Of a stretch of DNA of 64,000 nt, positions 36,204 through 48,138 are shown in pieces. Position numbers and translations under genes: made by a program. The stretch comes from Arenicellales bacterium (lineage in GTDB: Bacteria > Pseudomonadota > Gammaproteobacteria > Arenicellales > JAHEKD01). The notes under the pieces were generated by a model. It saw nothing but the letters and a program-made list of their open reading frames with translations. It was not told the DNA's origin and did not search any database. The stretch lies in assembly GCA_965215945.1 (NCBI GenBank), contig CBDCFC010000047.1:20643-84642 (forward strand), written 5' to 3'. Position 1 is the stretch's first letter; every line of letters starts with the position of its first letter.

Positions 36204-36207
36204 AAAA

Positions 36208-37413
36208 ATGGCAAATCGAATCGCGTTATTGATATCTGTTTTTATATTGCTGGCTAGCCAATGCTTCTCAATCGTTTATGCGGCAAATGTGAACGCGATG
36301 CGTTCATGGCATTCGCCGGAAGGCTCAAGACTGGTTTTCGATGTCGATAAACCAATTAATTACAATGTATTTATCTTATCTAATCCCGCCAGAGTTGTTG
36401 TTGATCTAAAGTATTCTCGGTTTCACGCAAAAGTCCCGTCACCCAAAGCAGAATTCAGTGTTATTCGCCACATTCGCACCGGGCAAAATGATAAAAACAC
36501 CTTCCGAGTTGTCATTGAGATTAGCGAGAGCGTCAAGGCTAATGCATTCCAATTAGCACCAAATGAAAAATATGGACAACGTTTGGTTGTTGATTTGAAT
36601 CGGGTTAATCCAAAACCTGACCCACAGTTGGTCAGCAAGGCTATCGAGCCAAAAGTAAATAAAAATCCTTCATCAACATCTAAAAACACAAGTCAGCAAA
36701 CAGGATCTAGGGAGTTAGTGGTCGCGGTCGATGCGGGGCATGGTGGTGAGGATCCTGGTGCGATTGGCAAGCGTGGTACATTTGAAAAAAACGTGGTGTT
36801 ATCAATCGCCAAAAAACTAGCCGCTAAAATTGATGCCCACCCACGAATGCGGGCAGTGATGATTCGCAAAGGTGATTATTACGTTGGATTAGGAAAGCGA
36901 ACACGTTTGGCTCATGATTATGGTGCCGACTTGTTTGTCTCAATTCACGCTGATGCAGTTAAAAGACGAAGTGTTAAAGGCTCGTCAGTTTATGCGCTAT
37001 CTGACAAACGCGCTTCGAGCGAAATGGCTAAGTTTCTAGCACAAAAAGAAAATGCAGCCGATCAACTTGGTGGTGTCTACCTCGGTAACAAAGATGATGA
37101 TGTTAAAAGTGTGTTGTATGACTTAATGATGGATAATACAAAAAGTGAGAGCATTATTTTTGCGCGAGATGTTTTACACGAGATGAGCCGCGTTGGGCCA
37201 GTATTAAGAAGTGATGTTGAACGGGCCAGTTTTGCTGTGCTTAAATCACCAGATATTCCCTCTATATTAGTCGAGACTGCATTTATTTCTAATCCTGATG
37301 AAGAAAAGAAACTTAAAAATAGTAAGTTTCAAAACAAGATTGCCGGTGCCATTTTTAATGGTATCAATCGCTATGCCGAGAAAAATGGCTTCAGAGTCCT
37401 GGCCGACAATTAA
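36208..37413 (+). CDS. amiB: N-acetylmuramoyl-L-alanine amidase with an AMIN domain
   Basis: The start was trimmed to MANRIALLISVF (signal sequence). It has an AMIN-like segment (RLVFDVDKPINYNVF...RVVVDL) and an Amidase_3 core (VDAGHGGEDPGA, SIHADA, VETAFISNP). The gene order matches E. coli tsaE-amiB-mutL. Confidence 0.82.
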   Translation: MANRIALLISVFILLASQCFSIVYAANVNAMRSWHSPEGSRLVFDVDKPINYNVFILSNPARVVVDLKYSRFHAKVPSPKAEFSVIRHIRTGQNDKNTFRVVIEISESVKANAFQLAPNEKYGQRLVVDLNRVNPKPDPQLVSKAIEPKVNKNPSSTSKNTSQQTGSRELVVAVDAGHGGEDPGAIGKRGTFEKNVVLSIAKKLAAKIDAHPRMRAVMIRKGDYYVGLGKRTRLAHDYGADLFVSIHADAVKRRSVKGSSVYALSDKRASSEMAKFLAQKENAADQLGGVYLGNKDDDVKSVLYDLMMDNTKSESIIFARDVLHEMSRVGPVLRSDVERASFAVLKSPDIPSILVETAFISNPDEEKKLKNSKFQNKIAGAIFNGINRYAEKNGFRVLADN

Positions 37414-37419
37414 TAGTCA

Positions 37420-39231
37420 ATGGCAGCTAATAATTCAGCGAATCGTGTAAAAGCCCTAGACGATCATCTTATCAATAAAATCGCCGCCGGTGAAGTCATA
37501 GAGCGCCCGGCGTCCATTGTTAAAGAACTGGTAGAAAATGCACTCGATGCAGGCGCCAGTAAAATCATTGTAGATATAGAAAAAGGGGGTATAAAACGAA
37601 TAACTGTAAGCGATAACGGCTCTGGTATTGTCAGCGATGATTTGCCACTGGCCTTATCTCGTCATGCGACTAGCAAGTTACTAAAAGAAAATGATCTTTA
37701 TGAAATTGCAACCCTGGGTTTTCGCGGCGAAGCACTTCCCAGCATTATTGCAGTTTCCCGGTTTTCTATTATCACCAGAACTGCTGAGGATAATCATGCC
37801 TGGCAACTCCAGGTTGAGGGTAATAGTGAAATGCCTTTTGTCCGACCAATTGCCGCACAAACAGGTACAACAATTGAAGTCGAGGATTTGTTTTTTAATA
37901 CGCCGGCCAGACGCAAGTTTGTTCGTACCGAGATAACTGAATTTAACCATATAGAGCGCGTAGTTCGACAGCTGGCATTATCGGCAATGACAGTTGAATT
38001 CGAATTGATTCACAACGGCCGAAAAATCTACCATCTACTATCTTCAGAAGAATCAGCGGCACTAAAACAACGCCTTCAGCGTTTGATGGGTGAAGAGTTT
38101 ATTAATAATATGATTGAGCTCAGCGCGGGGGCTGGAGAAGTTTCCTTAACAGGTTGGATATCGAGACCAACCTATACCCGTAGCCAGCGTGATCGACAAT
38201 ATTTATTTTTGAATTCACGATTTATAAAGGATAAAACTATATCGCACGCCATAACACGTGCATATAGAGACGTGGTTTACCATGATCGTCATCCCGCATT
38301 AATTTTATATCTGAGTATTAGTCCAAAGTTGGTTGATGTGAATGTGCATCCGGCTAAAGCCGAGGTTCGCTTTCGCGATGGACGAGCTGCGCATGATTTT
38401 GTTTATCGTAGTATTAAGCAAACCATTGCTGCAGATAGTCCGGATAGACAGATTAGTGAACAAAATAGTGATTTCTCGGTTGAAGAAAACCCTAACAGCG
38501 CACGATTCGCACGACCCCCAACTGCTAGTCCATCTGCGCAAATGCAGATGCTGGTGAAAGAGTCGTTACAAACATATAAAACGTTACATGGGACAGAAAA
38601 AGATGAAATAGACCTTGGTCATGAGAAACACCTTGTTGATTACGATTCCGCGCCACTGGGATATGCGCTTGGTCAATTGCATGGTATTTATATCATCGCG
38701 CAAAATCAGCTAGGCATGGTAATTGTGGATACACATGCGGCACATGAACGAATTACTTATGAAAAACTCAAGTCACAGTATGAATCTGCAAACGTTGTTG
38801 TTCAGCAATTAGCAATTCCCATTGAAATTAAAATGACAGTGCAGGAGGTAAATCGAGTCACACAACTTCAGAGTATATTCTCTGATACGGGTTTTGAAAT
38901 TAACAGCTTGAGTGAAACGGCTATTGTGGTCCGTTCAATTCCAGCGTTGTTAGCCAAGACTGATGCTGAGCAACTGATCAAAGATATCCTTGCTGATCTC
39001 GACGAGTTGGGCCGCTGTGATAAAACCGAAATATTAGCGAATGCAATTCTTTCAATCAGTGCATGTCATGGTTCGGTTAGGGCCAATCGCAAATTAAGTC
39101 TTGAGGAAATGAATGCATTGCTCAGGCAGATTGAGCAGACTGAACGTAGTGGTCAATGTAACCACGGCAGACCTACTTGGTTCAACTTTGAATTATCCCA
39201 AGTCGATAAATGGTTTAAGCGTGGTCAATAA
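37420..39231 (+). CDS. mutL: DNA mismatch repair protein MutL
   Basis: 603 aa with IAAGEVIERPASIVKELVENALDAGA, DNGSGI, TLGFRGEAL and the C-terminal dimerisation domain. Confidence 0.93.
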   Translation: MAANNSANRVKALDDHLINKIAAGEVIERPASIVKELVENALDAGASKIIVDIEKGGIKRITVSDNGSGIVSDDLPLALSRHATSKLLKENDLYEIATLGFRGEALPSIIAVSRFSIITRTAEDNHAWQLQVEGNSEMPFVRPIAAQTGTTIEVEDLFFNTPARRKFVRTEITEFNHIERVVRQLALSAMTVEFELIHNGRKIYHLLSSEESAALKQRLQRLMGEEFINNMIELSAGAGEVSLTGWISRPTYTRSQRDRQYLFLNSRFIKDKTISHAITRAYRDVVYHDRHPALILYLSISPKLVDVNVHPAKAEVRFRDGRAAHDFVYRSIKQTIAADSPDRQISEQNSDFSVEENPNSARFARPPTASPSAQMQMLVKESLQTYKTLHGTEKDEIDLGHEKHLVDYDSAPLGYALGQLHGIYIIAQNQLGMVIVDTHAAHERITYEKLKSQYESANVVVQQLAIPIEIKMTVQEVNRVTQLQSIFSDTGFEINSLSETAIVVRSIPALLAKTDAEQLIKDILADLDELGRCDKTEILANAILSISACHGSVRANRKLSLEEMNALLRQIEQTERSGQCNHGRPTWFNFELSQVDKWFKRGQ

Positions 39232-40165
39232 ACCTCCACTGGTTTCAAATAAAAGTAAAGTTATATTTATTATGGGGCCGACGGCCTCAGGAAAAACTGA
39301 TGCGGCTGTAAATCTGGCTCAAAATTACGATATTGAAATAATCAACACTGATGCAGCACAGGTCTACAAATATATGGATATCGGTACGGCGAAGCCCAGT
39401 GCCGAAGAATTATCCAAAGCACCACATCGTTTAATTGATTTTGTTGATCCCGCAGCGTCCTATTCGGCCGCTGCGTTTCGGAATGATGCACTAATTGAAA
39501 TAGAAAATGCATTCACCAAAAACAAAACTCCCGTCCTTGTCGGTGGCAGTATGTTCTACTTTAAGGCACTCGAGCAGGGGTTATCAGCATTTCCTGAGGC
39601 CGATGCAGGGGTTCGTAACCGGATTGCACTCAAGGCAGAAGATATTGGTTGGCAGGCTTTGCATGAAAAGCTTACCTTAATTGATGCGCAGAGTGCGGCG
39701 ACGATTGATAAAAACGATCCACAGCGAATTCAACGAGCGCTTGAAATTTATGAAATAACGGGAAAGTCTCCAACCGAGCTTGCCCAAGTGTCACAGTCGA
39801 ACCCGATGCCATATGCAGCCACCAAGATAGTTGTCATGCCATATAACCGACAGGCACTTCACCAACGCATTGAATTGCGTTTTTTGCAAATGTTGAAAAT
39901 GGGCTTAATCGAGGAAGTTGAGACGTTGCGCCAGCGTGGTGATTTATCATTAGATTTACCTTCCATGCGCACTGTGGGCTATCGTCAGGTTTGGCAATAT
40001 CTGGATGGCAAAATTGATAAGCTAGAAATGATCAATCAAGCGGTAGCAGCAACCCGGCAGTTGGCAAAACGGCAGCTGACATGGCTTAGAAATCAGCCTG
40101 GATTGGTCTGGTTTGTCGGTTATAATGATATTACCTATGATGCAATGCAAAAATATTTTGCTTAA
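39221..40165 (+). CDS. miaA: tRNA dimethylallyltransferase
   Basis: I propose a GTG start overlapping the mutL stop. It has the P-loop IMGPTASGKT, and the rest matches MiaA. The longer tracked ORF overlaps mutL by 119 nt. Confidence 0.88.
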   Translation: MVNKPPLVSNKSKVIFIMGPTASGKTDAAVNLAQNYDIEIINTDAAQVYKYMDIGTAKPSAEELSKAPHRLIDFVDPAASYSAAAFRNDALIEIENAFTKNKTPVLVGGSMFYFKALEQGLSAFPEADAGVRNRIALKAEDIGWQALHEKLTLIDAQSAATIDKNDPQRIQRALEIYEITGKSPTELAQVSQSNPMPYAATKIVVMPYNRQALHQRIELRFLQMLKMGLIEEVETLRQRGDLSLDLPSMRTVGYRQVWQYLDGKIDKLEMINQAVAATRQLAKRQLTWLRNQPGLVWFVGYNDITYDAMQKYFA

Positions 40166-40307
40166 CAAATTTTAACGCAAAAAATAATTGCACGTTGGGA
40201 TTGAATCGGTAATACTCTCGCTTGAGCGTAAGCTCCTAGTGTAAGTTGTAACCAAATCAACTATAAAAATAGTTGGACAATCAATAATTAAACTTTGGAG
40301 AAAATAA

Positions 40308-40550
40308 ATGGGCCAGCAGAAAGGTACGGCACTACAAGACCCTTTTCTAAATGTACTACGAAAGGAGAAAGTTCCAGTTTCCATCTATTTGGTGAACGGA
40401 ATTAAACTGCAGGGGCAAGTTGATTCATTCGACCAATTTGTTGTGCTGCTTAAAAATACCGTAAGTCAGATGGTTTATAAACATGCCATTTCTACTATCG
40501 TTCCAAGCCGCATGGTGAAAGTTGCACCAGCAGAAGATGATGACGATTAA
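40308..40550 (+). CDS. hfq: RNA chaperone Hfq
   Basis: 80 aa reading [47 protein letters not shown], a near-canonical Sm1/Sm2 sequence. Confidence 0.96.
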   Translation: MGQQKGTALQDPFLNVLRKEKVPVSIYLVNGIKLQGQVDSFDQFVVLLKNTVSQMVYKHAISTIVPSRMVKVAPAEDDDD

Positions 40551-40706
40551 AACTGAACTGGTAGAGCGATAAATAAAAACCCATCATTAGTAGACAGTCT
40601 TACGGCTGTCAATCAAGAGCCAATTGGCATAAGGGATCCTTTAGCGGCGATAATTGTTCATCAGTTTAACGATAATCGCAGTAAAGATTTTTCCAGTGTT
40701 GAAGAA

Positions 40707-41897
40707 TTGTTGTTGTTGGTTGATTCCGCCGGTGCGGACGTTAAATTTACATTAACAACAACTCGTCGTGTGCCTGTATCGGCTAGCTATATCGGTAAAG
40801 GCCGGGTTGAAGATTTGGTTAATCTGGTTAATGAGCATGATGCCGGTTTAGTTGTTTTTAACCACACATTAACACCAGTACAGGAAAGAAATCTTGAAAA
40901 AGCACTGCAGACACGGGTATTAGATCGCACTGGTTTAATACTGGATATTTTTGCTCAACGTGCTGCTAGTCATGAAGGCAAATTACAAGTTGAATTAGCA
41001 CAACTTAAACATTTATCGACTCGGTTAATCAGAGGTTGGACTCATCTGGAACGACAGAAAGGTGGCATAGGATTGCGTGGCCCGGGTGAAACTCAGCTAG
41101 AGACAGATCGTCGTTTAATCGGTAAACGAATTCGCAGTTTACAGGCACGATTGGAGAAAGTTCGTTCGCACCGCAGTTTACAGCGTAAAGCACGGCGTCG
41201 GATTCCAATTCCGGTGATTTCACTGGTTGGTTATACCAACGCCGGTAAGTCGACATTGTTTAATAGATTAACTGAATCAAAAGTTTTTGCGGCTGATCAA
41301 TTATTTGCAACACTGGATCCGGTAATGCGCAAACTTGAGTTACCAAATACCGGTCCAGTAATTGTATCCGATACGGTTGGTTTTATCAGTAATCTGCCGC
41401 ATTCATTAATTTCAGCGTTTCATTCAACACTGGAAGAAGTTGCCAGTGCAGCACTATTAATTCATGTAGTGGATGTTAACGATACCAGGCAGCAAGAACT
41501 GCTTGAGCATGTTGACAAAGTTCTAGAAGAAATCGACGCGCATCAAGTGCCGCAAATTGTTGTTTTTAACAAAATTGATAAAACCCAACTCGAAGCGAAA
41601 TACATACCTGCAAACTTAAATTCTACGGCCAAGGTTTGGCTGTCGGCCGTCACAGGTCAAGGTGAGGAATTGTTGTTAGAGGCTATTTCAGATTATTTTA
41701 AAAACAAGCAAATTCAGCTTACTGTTAAGGTTCCTCCAGCATTATCCAAGTTAAGAGCGATGTTCTACCAAAATAACTGGGTTCAAAGCGAAATAATCGA
41801 TGACAAAGGCTTCAGTATTTTGGATGTTTCATTGATTAAATCTGAATTTAACAGGTTGAAAAAGCAGCAAGAATTCAAAGATTGTGAAATAATTTGA
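40707..41897 (+). CDS. hflX: GTPase HflX (start codon uncertain; homology extends upstream)
   Basis: It has GKLQVELAQLKHL, GGIGLRGPGETQLETDRR, the G1 motif GYTNAGKST, DTVGF and NKID. The frame is open back to 40578 and encodes HflX-like AAIIVHQF, but there is no ATG, GTG or TTG before 40707. Confidence 0.85.
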   Translation: MLLLVDSAGADVKFTLTTTRRVPVSASYIGKGRVEDLVNLVNEHDAGLVVFNHTLTPVQERNLEKALQTRVLDRTGLILDIFAQRAASHEGKLQVELAQLKHLSTRLIRGWTHLERQKGGIGLRGPGETQLETDRRLIGKRIRSLQARLEKVRSHRSLQRKARRRIPIPVISLVGYTNAGKSTLFNRLTESKVFAADQLFATLDPVMRKLELPNTGPVIVSDTVGFISNLPHSLISAFHSTLEEVASAALLIHVVDVNDTRQQELLEHVDKVLEEIDAHQVPQIVVFNKIDKTQLEAKYIPANLNSTAKVWLSAVTGQGEELLLEAISDYFKNKQIQLTVKVPPALSKLRAMFYQNNWVQSEIIDDKGFSILDVSLIKSEFNRLKKQQEFKDCEII

Positions 41898-41989
41898 GAT
41901 TGAATTGTTGTTATTGAGAGTTCTCAACCGCATATACACTCATGCTACACTACGCACTATTTTGAAGACATAACAAAGCAGGTTTTACT

Positions 41990-43237
41990 ATGCCATGGAA
42001 TGAACCCGGATCGGGTGATAAAGACCCCTGGGGCCGTAAAGATCAAAAGCAGGGTCAGGGTCCACCAGATCTTGACGAACTGGTCAAGAATATCGGTGAC
42101 CGCGTCAATACAATACTGGGCGGTAAAAAACGGCCCTCTGGCTCTTCAGGAGGCAGTGGTGGCGGTGGTAGTTCAGCCCCCAGTCTTCCCAGTAAAATGT
42201 CATTTGGCTTAATCGCGCTAATTGCCTTTGTAGTTTGGGTGGGTTCTGGTTTTTATACTATTCAACAAGGTCAACAAGGTGTGGTGTTGCGATTAGGAGA
42301 ATATTCTTCAACCAGGGATGCCGGTTTGCACTGGCGGCCGCGTTTTATTGACGAAGTAGAAGTTGTTGACGTGCAAAATATCAACACCGTTGAGGTCGGT
42401 TACCGGGCCAATGGCCGAGGTGCTGGAAAGACCAAGCAAGAGCGTGAGGCATTAATGCTGACCGAAGATGAGAACATTATCGACATCGAATTTGCGGTTC
42501 AATATGATATTAAAGATCCGCGTGAACTATTGTTCAACGTCAGCGAGCCAGCCTCGATTGTTGTACGCGGTGCGACTGAAAGTGCAGTGCGGGAAATTGT
42601 TGGACGTAACTCTATGGACTTTGCAATTACTGAAGGCCGAGCGGCAATTGCCAGTGAAACTAAACAATTGGTTCAGCAGATATTAGATCGGTACAAAACC
42701 GGGATTAATATTAAGGCCGTTGAGGCTCAGAACGCACAACCTCCATCGCAGGTTAAATCCGCGTTTGATGATGCTGTAAAAGCACGTGAGGATCAGGTCA
42801 GGGCGCGTAACAGGGCTGAAGCTTATCAAAATGATATCTTACCGCGGGCACGCGGGCAAGCAGCGAGGATAATTCAGGAGGCAGAGGGCTATAAAGCCAG
42901 CGTGGTTGCCAGAGCGGAAGGTGATGCACAGCGATTTTCCAGTATTCTAGAGGAATATGCCAAGGCGCCCGATGTAACCCGAGACCGGCTTTACATTGAG
43001 GCTATGGAACAAGTGCTAGGAAATGCCAGTAAGTTGATGATCGATAAAGACAGTAGTTCAGGTAGTGTGATGTATTTACCCCTTGATCAGTTGTTGAAAA
43101 ATAACAATCAATCTGGTGGTACATCAACGTTGCCACGATCAGGCACTTCGACTCAATCTTCGACTAGTCGCTCCAGCAGTTCTTCAGGTTCGCAGTCGAC
43201 AGGCAACTCCATACGTCAAGGGAGGAATCTTAACTAA
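41990..43237 (+). CDS. hflK: FtsH protease modulator HflK
   Basis: 415 aa with MPWNEPGSG at the N-terminus, a Gly/Ser-rich linker, a TM segment and an SPFH/band 7 domain. It sits in the hflX-hflK-hflC order. Confidence 0.9.
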   Translation: MPWNEPGSGDKDPWGRKDQKQGQGPPDLDELVKNIGDRVNTILGGKKRPSGSSGGSGGGGSSAPSLPSKMSFGLIALIAFVVWVGSGFYTIQQGQQGVVLRLGEYSSTRDAGLHWRPRFIDEVEVVDVQNINTVEVGYRANGRGAGKTKQEREALMLTEDENIIDIEFAVQYDIKDPRELLFNVSEPASIVVRGATESAVREIVGRNSMDFAITEGRAAIASETKQLVQQILDRYKTGINIKAVEAQNAQPPSQVKSAFDDAVKAREDQVRARNRAEAYQNDILPRARGQAARIIQEAEGYKASVVARAEGDAQRFSSILEEYAKAPDVTRDRLYIEAMEQVLGNASKLMIDKDSSSGSVMYLPLDQLLKNNNQSGGTSTLPRSGTSTQSSTSRSSSSSGSQSTGNSIRQGRNLN

Positions 43238-44109
43238 TGGGTACAAAAGCTAAAGCAATTTTAATTGTACTGGCTCTGATTGTATTAGTCATCGCTGGTT
43301 CCATCTTTAGAGTCGATGAGCGTGAAAAAGCGCTGGTATTTCAATTCGGTCGAATCGTGCAGTCAAATGTCGAGCCTGGTCTGAATTTCAAAATCCCTTT
43401 TATCAACAATGTTCGTTTTTTTGATGGTCGTGTTCAGACCATGGACCAGGAAGAAGAAAGCTATTTAACCATTGAAAAGAAGAATCTGATAGTTGATGCC
43501 TTTGTCAAATGGCGTGTTAGTAATCCGGCAAAGTATTATGTGACTGTCGGCGGATTAATTAGTAATGCCAGTGCCCGTTTGGCACAGCGCGTTAATGATA
43601 GTTTGCGGCAAGAATTTGGCCGGCGTACAGTTAAAGACGTTATTTCCGGGGATCGTGTCACTATTATGAACACGGTGCGTGATGCTGTTAACGAGGAAGC
43701 GATTGAGATTGGTGTTGAAGTCGTGGATGTACGTTTAAAACGAGTGGATCTTGATCCACAAGTCAGTGATAGTGTTTATTCTCGAATGGAAGCTGAACGT
43801 GAACGCGTAGCTAATGATTTTCGTGCAAAAGGTGCAGAGACCGCTGAGAAAATCAGAGCTGATGCCGACAGGCAACGTGAAATTATTCTTGCTGATGCGT
43901 ATAAACAGGCAGAGCAGATTCGTGGTGAAGGTGATGCGCAAGCGACCGCTATTTATGCGGCGGCGTTTGGTAAGGATCGAGAATTTTATAATTTATTCCG
44001 TAGCTTGAATGCGTACAAAAACACATTCAATGACAAGTCAGATTTAATGATTGTCGAACCGGATTCTGAGTTTTTTAAATACTTCAATCAATCCAAAGCT
44101 AATCCGTAA
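43237..44109 (+). CDS. hflC: FtsH protease modulator HflC
   Basis: 290 aa with an N-terminal TM segment and an SPFH domain. The start is coupled to the hflK stop. Confidence 0.9.
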   Translation: MGTKAKAILIVLALIVLVIAGSIFRVDEREKALVFQFGRIVQSNVEPGLNFKIPFINNVRFFDGRVQTMDQEEESYLTIEKKNLIVDAFVKWRVSNPAKYYVTVGGLISNASARLAQRVNDSLRQEFGRRTVKDVISGDRVTIMNTVRDAVNEEAIEIGVEVVDVRLKRVDLDPQVSDSVYSRMEAERERVANDFRAKGAETAEKIRADADRQREIILADAYKQAEQIRGEGDAQATAIYAAAFGKDREFYNLFRSLNAYKNTFNDKSDLMIVEPDSEFFKYFNQSKANP

Positions 44110-44126
44110 TTGTTAAGGAGCACTCA

Positions 44127-44318
44127 GTGCTTGACTGGCAGACTTTACTTAGCGCAATAGCACTGGTGCTGGTGCTAGAAGGGCTATTACCTTTTTTTAA
44201 TCCTTCCGGTTATAAGTCACTATTGGAGCAATTGCGTCATTTGCCCGAATCGCAGTTACGCAATTTCGGTATTGGTTTGATTACAGTTGGATTGATTCTG
44301 CTCTATTTTGTTCGCTGA
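44127..44318 (+). CDS. yjeT: DUF2065-family small membrane protein (YjeT-like)
   Basis: 63 aa with a GTG start. LVLVLEGLLPF...GIGLITVGLILLYFV resembles E. coli YjeT, and the gene holds the same position after hflC. Confidence 0.6.
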   Translation: MLDWQTLLSAIALVLVLEGLLPFFNPSGYKSLLEQLRHLPESQLRNFGIGLITVGLILLYFVR

Positions 44319-45499
44319 TGTCAGCAGATAAAAACAAATGGCTATTGCCTGATGGCATAGAGGAGTTGCTCCCAGAGCAGGCTAAATTACTAGAGCAAAG
44401 CCGACGTTTGGTACTGAATGCATTCTCAGTGAATGGTTACCAACTTGTTCAGCCACCTCTGCTTGAATTTCTTGATTCATTATTGAGCGGCGCGGGAAAT
44501 GATCTAGATTTATTAACTTTCAAGGTTACTGATCAATACAGCGGTCGAATGATGGGCATCCGTGCCGACATGACACCGCAGCTATCCCGAATTGATGCCC
44601 ATGTGCTGAATAAAATAGGCCCCAGTCGATTGTGCTATCTTGGTTCCGTGTTGCAAACAGCCGATCGATCCGGTTTTCATAGTCGTGAGCCAATCCAATT
44701 CGGAGCTGAACTATTTGGCCACTCAGGACCTCAGGCTGATGTGGAAATAATCAGGCTCTGTGTCGACGTATTAAAAGCGCTTGGCATTGATAGTGTTTGT
44801 ATTGATCTGGGCCACGTTGGCATATTCCGTGCGCTGGTTCATCAAGCTGGTTTTAATGAACAACAATCGACCGATATCCTGAATATCTGTTTGCGGAAAT
44901 CATGGCCTGACTTGCAGGCATTTGTAGATGCACATCGAGTGGACGAACAAATTTCTCAGATATTCGCAGGGTTATTAACACTTGAAGGGACAGCCGAGCA
45001 GATTTTTCCTAAAGCCATTACCTTGCTTGAGGATTGCGATGAGAATGTGAAAAGCCAGTTAAATGACTTTCAAAGCCTTGTGCAATTATTGTCTGAATAC
45101 TTGCCAGAAATTGAATGTACAATCGACTTTTTGGAGTTGCGCGGTATCAATTATCATACCGGCGTGGTCTTTAGTGTATATTCTCATCAATATGCTCATG
45201 CGATTGCAAAGGGTGGGCGTTATGATGATATAGGCCAGGCATTTGGTCGGGCCCGGCCGGCCACTGGTTTTAGTGCGGATTTGCGCCAATGTTTAAATTT
45301 TTCCAAACTCAAGACAGAATCAGCAAATGGAATTTATGCTCCGTTCGACACAGATAAAGAATTAAAAACACTGGTTCAACAACTAAGGGACCAAGGGGAG
45401 CAGGTGATCATTGGATTAGAGCAGGAAGAATTGCAAACCTGTGATCGAGAAATCATCAAGCAAGATGGTCGATGGAAAATCATTGATAGAAATAGCTGA
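44318..45499 (+). CDS. hisZ: ATP phosphoribosyltransferase regulatory subunit (HisRS paralogue)
   Basis: 393 aa with WLLPDGIEELLP at the N-terminus and class II aaRS-like motifs (FGAELFG, GGRYDD) but no anticodon-binding domain. It lies immediately upstream of purA. Confidence 0.8.
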   Translation: MSADKNKWLLPDGIEELLPEQAKLLEQSRRLVLNAFSVNGYQLVQPPLLEFLDSLLSGAGNDLDLLTFKVTDQYSGRMMGIRADMTPQLSRIDAHVLNKIGPSRLCYLGSVLQTADRSGFHSREPIQFGAELFGHSGPQADVEIIRLCVDVLKALGIDSVCIDLGHVGIFRALVHQAGFNEQQSTDILNICLRKSWPDLQAFVDAHRVDEQISQIFAGLLTLEGTAEQIFPKAITLLEDCDENVKSQLNDFQSLVQLLSEYLPEIECTIDFLELRGINYHTGVVFSVYSHQYAHAIAKGGRYDDIGQAFGRARPATGFSADLRQCLNFSKLKTESANGIYAPFDTDKELKTLVQQLRDQGEQVIIGLEQEELQTCDREIIKQDGRWKIIDRNS

Positions 45500-46801
<1,302 letters not shown>

Positions 46802-47028
46802 GTCTCATATTCATATTCACTGTGTGTCATCTGGAGCACCATAGGGCATAAACTTGTCGAGGGATCTGTTGAATTACAAATGAGGATAAAACTTGAAAAC
46901 CATAAGCTAATAAGTTTCGCCTTCATGTTTTTACGGATTGGAGTGATTCATAAAAACCTAAATTAAAGCTTTTTATAAATCAAAATAAATAGTATTATGA
47001 TGCATAAAATGGAGTTTTATACATCATA

Positions 47029-48138
47029 ATGTGGAATTGGGAACAAAAAGACTGGCCAAACTTTACCTATGATCAAGCTGCATTAGCTGATCTAGAGCTG
47101 GAATTTATCAAACAGACCAGTGAGTGTTATGGTGTTTTCAAACATGTTTCTGATGAAGATAAAGAGCAAATTAAAATTGAGATTATCAGCGAAGAAGCAC
47201 TGAAAACATCAGAGATAGAAGGGGAGTTTCTCGACCGAGATAGTTTGCAGTCCTCTATCTGCAAGCAATTTGGATTGAGAACAGATCAACGGCGCATTTC
47301 TGCTGCCGAGCAGGGTGTTTCAGAAATGATGGTTTCGGTCTATCGGAATTTTGATAACTCCCTAGATCACGAAACTCTATTTTCTTGGCATCGAATGTTG
47401 ATGAAAGGCCGAGTTGGATTGATAGATATTGGAGTTTATAGAACACATGATGACCCTATGCGGATTGTTTCTGGTGCAATACATGAGCCAAAAGTACACT
47501 TTCAAGCGCCACCATCTGATCAAATTCCAGATGAAATGGGTCGATTTATCCAGTGGTTTAACCAAACAGCGCCCACTGCAAAGAACCCATTACCAGCACT
47601 AACGAGAGCAGGGATTGCTCATTTGTATTTTGAATGTATCCACCCGTTTGAAGATGGTAATGGTCGTATTGGCCGTGCAATTTCCGAGCAGGCTATTGCG
47701 CAGAACTTAGGTTACCCCAGTCTGATTGCATTGGCCTATACTATCGAAAGAAACAAAAAAGCATATTACAACACTTTAGAAGAAAACAGTCGAACAAACA
47801 AAATTACAGACTGGCTGGTTTATTTTGGTGAGACAATACTTAACGCTCAAAAAAATACACAAAAACGTATCGAGTTTATTCTTGCCAAAGATAAATTGTT
47901 TAGACGTTTGCATGGACAACTAAATGAAAGACAAGAAAAAGTTCTAAACCGAATGTTTCGAGAGGGCATAGATGGCTTTAAAGGGGGTTTAAGTGTGGCT
48001 AACTATATCAGCGTTACCAAAACAACCAGGCCGACAGCAACCAGAGACCTTAGAGATTTAGTTAATAAGCAGGTTTTGCTCAAAACAGGGCAGTTAAAAT
48101 CAACGCGCTATCACCTGAATATTGGCAATGAAATTTAA
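47029..48138 (+). CDS. Fic-family protein (DUF4172-type N-terminus, Fic core, C-terminal wHTH)
   Basis: 369 aa with the N-terminus MWNWEQKDWPNFTYD, the inhibitory motif TSEIEG, the Fic core HPFEDGNGRIGR and a C-terminal wHTH-like segment (TRPTATRDLRDLVNKQVL). Confidence 0.85.
   Translation: MWNWEQKDWPNFTYDQAALADLELEFIKQTSECYGVFKHVSDEDKEQIKIEIISEEALKTSEIEGEFLDRDSLQSSICKQFGLRTDQRRISAAEQGVSEMMVSVYRNFDNSLDHETLFSWHRMLMKGRVGLIDIGVYRTHDDPMRIVSGAIHEPKVHFQAPPSDQIPDEMGRFIQWFNQTAPTAKNPLPALTRAGIAHLYFECIHPFEDGNGRIGRAISEQAIAQNLGYPSLIALAYTIERNKKAYYNTLEENSRTNKITDWLVYFGETILNAQKNTQKRIEFILAKDKLFRRLHGQLNERQEKVLNRMFREGIDGFKGGLSVANYISVTKTTRPTATRDLRDLVNKQVLLKTGQLKSTRYHLNIGNEI

Noticed and set aside
36106-36207. 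N-terminal extensions of amiB (from 36106) and miaA (from 39113) in the ORF track
   Set aside because: The extensions overlap the preceding genes (tsaE and mutL) by about 100 nt and precede the obvious signal peptide (amiB) or P-loop region (miaA). Shorter starts at 36208 and 39221 fit the homologues better.
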